A stretch of DNA of 64,000 nt, from the NCBI GenBank assembly GCA_045403135.1, contig JAXIPC010000094.1, positions 5,013-69,012 of the forward strand, given 5' to 3'. The stretch comes from Gemmatimonadales bacterium. Its GTDB lineage: Bacteria > Gemmatimonadota > Gemmatimonadetes > Gemmatimonadales > GWC2-71-9. Shown here in pieces: positions 60,527 to 64,000 of this stretch. The translations under genes and the position numbers were made by a program. How positions within the stretch are numbered: position 1 is the stretch's first letter; every line of letters starts with the position of its first letter. A model generated the notes under the pieces. It did not search any database and had not been told where the DNA came from. It saw only the letters and a list, made by a program, of their open reading frames with translations.

Positions 60527-63500
60527 ATCCACGTATACGCCGTCGGCAACAGGAAGAACGTCACCGCGAGCGCCGACACGCTGCCGCCGATCACCCCCGC
60601 GGCCAGCGGCTGATAGAGCTTGCCCCCGCTGCCCCAGCCGAAGACCAGCGGGAGCACGCCGGTGATGGTGGTGATCGAGGTCATGGCGATGGCGCGCAGC
60701 CGCTGGCGCCCGCCCAGGAGCACCGCGTCCTCGATGGAATGACCCCGCTCGCGGAACCGCCGGATCGCGTCGAGCTTCACCACCGCCTCGTTGTCGGCCA
60801 TGCCGATCATCACCACGATGCCGATGAGCGACACCGCATTGAGGCTCTGCCCGGTCATCCAGAGGAAGAGGATGCCGCCCACCGCGGCGAGCGGCACGGT
60901 CAGCATCACCAGGAGCGGAATGGTGAAGGAGGCGAATTCTCCGGCCAGCACCAGGAATACCAGCGCCACCGACAGCACGGCCACGAGCGAGAGCTCCTTG
61001 GTGGTGCGTTGCTGCTCGGCATCGGCGCCGGCGATCTGCCAGGACAGGCCCGGGGGCGGGCTGAGAGGAGAGAGGGCTTCGGCCACATCGGTCGTTGCCC
61101 GCGCGGTGCCGCCGCGCTCCACCACCGCTTCCACGACGCTCACCGGCCGCTGGTTGATGCGCACCACCTCGACCGGCGCGCGAATCTCCCGGACCGACAC
61201 CAGCTGCCCGACGGGAATGCCGCGTACCTGGGTGGCCAGCGCGGTGGCGAGATCCTCGTTGGCGTTGCCGGCAAAGCGCACGGTGATCGGGGTGCGCCGG
61301 TCGGTCTCGCGGAACTCGCCCGATTCGACGCCGCCCAGCCCGCCCGCCAGCGCGTTCGCCACCGCGTCTACCGAGAGCCCGAACTCGGCGATCCGCTGCC
61401 GCTCCAGCGTCACCTCGACGGTGGGCTGGGTTCCGCTGAAGGCGTCGCGCACGTCGGCAAGAGTGGTGAGCGGCGCCAGCAGGCGTCGCACCGAGTCGGC
61501 CCAGCGGTCGGCCTCGTCCAGACGGGGCGCGGTCACCTCGACCCGCACCAGCCGGCCCTCGCGGCCGATCAGGCTGCCGAACTCCGACTGGCCAGCCAGG
61601 TCGATCGCGAGCGAGCCCTGCGCCAGGTCCGGTACCGCGGCGCGGAGCCGGTCGGCGAAGCGCTGCGCGTTCTGGCCCTCGGGCACTGGGATGATGAGCT
61701 GGGCGGTGGCGCTGGTGCCGGGGTCGGCGCCGGCGAGCACCTCTTCGTCGGTGGCGAGGCCGATCCGGCTGTAGGTCCCCGCGCTGCCGAGCGCTTTGGC
61801 CGCCGCCTCGAGCCGGGCGGTCTGCCGCGCGGTCTCCTCGATCGCGGTGCCCTGGGGGAGCGAGAGCTGCGCCACCGCGGTGCCCTCGTCCACCTGGGGG
61901 AGGATCTCGCGCGGCAGCCGGAGTGTCACCCAGACCGTGAAGGCCGTGAGCACCAGGGCGAAGGTGAAGACCGCGCGGTAATGCCCGAGGCTCCAGCGCA
62001 TGCCGGCCTCGTACATCTCGGCCGCGCGGTGGCCCAGCCTAGTGAGAGGTGAGAGGTGAGGAGCAAGAGGGACCTCCTCGGCGCTGTCATTGCGAGCCGC
62101 TGCAGGCGGCGCGGCAATCTCCCGCTCACGACGCCGCCAACGCACCATCATCACCGGCATCAAGGTCAGCGCCAGGACCAGCGACGTGGTGAGGGTCACC
62201 ACCACGCTGAGCGACAGGTCGCGGAACAGCGCCGCCGCGAGGCCGCGCACGAAGACGATCGGCCCGAAGACCAGGACCGTGGTGAGGGTCCCGGCGATGA
62301 GTGGTGCCGCGACCTCGCTGGTGGCCTTGAGCGCGGCCTCCATGTCGGGCAGACCCTGCTCCTTATAGCGGCCGGTGGCCTCCGCCACCACGATCGCGTT
62401 GTCCACCAGCAGACCGATGCCCAGCGCCAGGCCGCCCAGCGACAGGATGTTGATGGTCACGTCGAGGAACTGCAGGATGGTGAGCGAAGTGAGGATCGAG
62501 AGCGGGATGATCAGCGCGATGGCGACCGACCCCCGGAGGTCCTGGAGGAACAGCACGATCACCAGCAGCGACAGGATTCCGCCGATCACGATCTCCTGGC
62601 CCAGGTTGGAGAGCGCATCGGTGACGAACTGCGCCTGGGCCGCGACGACCCTGATCTTGATATCGGGAAACTCTTTGCCGAGCCGCTCGATGGTCTCGTA
62701 GATCGTCCGGGTCACCACCACGGTGTTGGCTCCCGCGTCCTTGTACACCACCAGCCCCACCGCCGGCGCGCCGTCCAGCCGGGTCATCGTCTTGGGATCG
62801 GCGCTCCCTAGCGATACCGTGGCGATGTCCGCGAGGGTGATCCCGCTCCGCGACGGCCCCACCGGCGTGCGGGCGACCTCGGCTACATCCTGGAACTCGG
62901 TCAGCGCCCGCAGCGCGAACCGGAACTGCCCGCGGCGGACCGTGCCACCGGGCGCGCCGGAATTCGCCGAGCGCACGGCGCGCGACACGTCGTCGGGGGT
63001 GATGCCCAGCGCGCGCGCCTTCTCCGGGTCCACCTCCACCCGGATGTCGTCCTTGGGGTCGCCCACCACGGCCACGCTCGCGACCCCGACCAGCTGCTCG
63101 AGCCGCCGGGCGTGCACGTCCGAGGCGGTGCGCGCGATGGAGCGAAGGTCGCCCGGTCCGGTCAGACCGAGCACCGCAATGGGCCGTTCGCCTGGGTCGC
63201 TGGTGAGCAGGGTGGGTCGGTCGGCGCGGTCGGGGAGCTGGGCCCGGGCGTTGTCGAGCCGCTCCCGCACCTGGAGCACCGTGGTAGCCATGTTGGTGCC
63301 CCACGCGAAGCTCAGCGTGGTCACCGCCTCTCCATTGCGGCTCACCGAGCGCAGATCCACCAGTCCCGGCGTGGCCGCGACCGCCTCTTCGATCGGCTCG
63401 GCGATGAAGCGCGAGACCTCCGTCGCGGCCGCACCGGTGTAGGCGGTGCGGATGGTAAGCACCGGGAGCGACACGTCCGGCAGCAGCGAGACGGGAAGCC

Positions 63501-63591
63501 GCCCCAGCGACACCGCGCCGAGCAGCACGAAGCCCAGCGTGATCGCGACGGTAGTGACCGGTCGCTGGAGCGCGGCGGAGGCGAGTGACAC
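60454..63591 (-). CDS. RND efflux transporter permease subunit (first permease of the operon)
   Basis: GTG 63591 (VSLASAALQRPVTTVAITLG..) overlaps the adaptor-gene TAG by 1 nt. 12-TM AcrB/MdtB-like. Carries a repeat-encoded segment at 62042-62120. Confidence 0.9.
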   Translation of the reverse strand: MSLASAALQRPVTTVAITLGFVLLGAVSLGRLPVSLLPDVSLPVLTIRTAYTGAAATEVSRFIAEPIEEAVAATPGLVDLRSVSRNGEAVTTLSFAWGTNMATTVLQVRERLDNARAQLPDRADRPTLLTSDPGERPIAVLGLTGPGDLRSIARTASDVHARRLEQLVGVASVAVVGDPKDDIRVEVDPEKARALGITPDDVSRAVRSANSGAPGGTVRRGQFRFALRALTEFQDVAEVARTPVGPSRSGITLADIATVSLGSADPKTMTRLDGAPAVGLVVYKDAGANTVVVTRTIYETIERLGKEFPDIKIRVVAAQAQFVTDALSNLGQEIVIGGILSLLVIVLFLQDLRGSVAIALIIPLSILTSLTILQFLDVTINILSLGGLALGIGLLVDNAIVVAEATGRYKEQGLPDMEAALKATSEVAAPLIAGTLTTVLVFGPIVFVRGLAAALFRDLSLSVVVTLTTSLVLALTLMPVMMVRWRRREREIAAPPAAARNDSAEEVPLAPHLSPLTRLGHRAAEMYEAGMRWSLGHYRAVFTFALVLTAFTVWVTLRLPREILPQVDEGTAVAQLSLPQGTAIEETARQTARLEAAAKALGSAGTYSRIGLATDEEVLAGADPGTSATAQLIIPVPEGQNAQRFADRLRAAVPDLAQGSLAIDLAGQSEFGSLIGREGRLVRVEVTAPRLDEADRWADSVRRLLAPLTTLADVRDAFSGTQPTVEVTLERQRIAEFGLSVDAVANALAGGLGGVESGEFRETDRRTPITVRFAGNANEDLATALATQVRGIPVGQLVSVREIRAPVEVVRINQRPVSVVEAVVERGGTARATTDVAEALSPLSPPPGLSWQIAGADAEQQRTTKELSLVAVLSVALVFLVLAGEFASFTIPLLVMLTVPLAAVGGILFLWMTGQSLNAVSLIGIVVMIGMADNEAVVKLDAIRRFRERGHSIEDAVLLGGRQRLRAIAMTSITTITGVLPLVFGWGSGGKLYQPLAAGVIGGSVSALAVTFFLLPTAYTWMERRKEAKRLRGKEAMTARREVVA
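62042..62120. repeat. 7-nt array (GTGAGAG GTGAGAG GTGAGGA GCAAGAG) plus GTCATTGCGAG...GCAAT palindromic motif inside the RND coding sequence
   Basis: The element lies antisense to the gene and is translated in frame as EIAAPPAAARNDSAEEVPLAPHLSPLT. The paralogous permease lacks a segment of about this length. Confidence 0.75.
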
Positions 63592-64000
63592 TATTGCCTC
63601 GTGCCCCGCTCGACCTTGGGCGTCACCCGCACCGGCGCATCGTGGGTCAGGGTGAGGTGGCCTTCCACCAGCACCATGTCGCCGGGATTCAAGGGGATCT
63701 GTCCGGTCGAGCTGTCGGGCAGCACCTCGGTCTCCTGGCCGTTGGTCCGGCCCGGAAAGATGTAGACCCACTGGGCCCGGCCGTCCTTCACGACGAACAC
63801 CAGCGGCCGCCCGTCCCGCTCGATCACCGCGCTGGCGGGCACGATGATGCGATTGGGAAGCCGGGTCGCCTCCAAGCGCACGTCGGCGTACATGCCGGGC
63901 CGCAACACGCCGCCGCCACCGGCCCGGATCACCGCGCGGCCGGCGCGGGTGGCGCTGTCCACGATCGGCAGGATCGCGGCGATGGTACCGGTCACCGGAC
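63591..64000 (-). CDS. RND efflux periplasmic adaptor (membrane fusion protein), C-terminal part; gene continues beyond the window
   Basis: ..GMYADVRLEATRLPNRIIVPASAVIERDGRPLVFVVKDGRAQWV.. is typical of the beta-barrel/MP domains of HlyD-family adaptors. The frame is open to the window edge. Confidence 0.8.
   Translation of the reverse strand, partial: PVTGTIAAILPIVDSATRAGRAVIRAGGGGVLRPGMYADVRLEATRLPNRIIVPASAVIERDGRPLVFVVKDGRAQWVYIFPGRTNGQETEVLPDSSTGQIPLNPGDMVLVEGHLTLTHDAPVRVTPKVERGTRQ

Noticed and set aside
1-64000. Looked for a defence island, prophage or other accessory cluster (integrases, transposases, restriction/modification, toxin-antitoxin, Cas, reverse transcriptase)
   Set aside because: No protein in any frame showed signatures of these families. 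Gene content and tight co-directional packing around leuS and gyrA indicate core chromosome. The ParB-like protein next to a kinase is the only weak candidate and is listed as a low-to-moderate finding rather than a defence system.

Overview
GC-rich, densely packed 64 kb chromosomal segment with 57 protein-coding genes called. Spacers are mostly 0-100 nt and many gene pairs share 4-nt ATGA/GTGA stop-start overlaps. Housekeeping anchors are leuS and gyrA. The rest is soil-bacterium metabolism and envelope functions: three tandem secreted rhodaneses downstream of a LytS/LytTR two-component pair; an ECF sigma / anti-sigma / LTXXQ / ceruloplasmin-like multicopper oxidase operon; two GMC-oxidoreductase modules; peptidases and amidohydrolases; two Ser/Thr kinases; SelO; an NAD-salvage operon; and an MdtABC-like RND pump with two permease genes. 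The protein repertoire suggests a Gemmatimonadota/Acidobacteriota-like organism, but that is inference only. I saw no rRNA, tRNA, CRISPR array, transposase, integrase, phage or recognisable defence genes, so this looks like core chromosome rather than an island. Two observations are not explained by ordinary annotation. (1) A family of short tandem-repeat arrays with 7-nt (GGTGAGN) or 8-nt units, often as inverted pairs, lies exactly on gene boundaries. There it supplies stop codons, GTG start codons and the first residues of secreted proteins. Two further copies lie in frame inside the RND permease genes, as about 22- and 27-codon segments absent from the paralogue. (2) Phased 9-bp direct repeats (TGCAGSGAM, about 21-bp period) occur upstream of both the rhodanese operon and the LytS/LytTR operon, the architecture expected of LytTR operators. 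All coordinates were read by eye against the ORF track. No database searches or computations were run.
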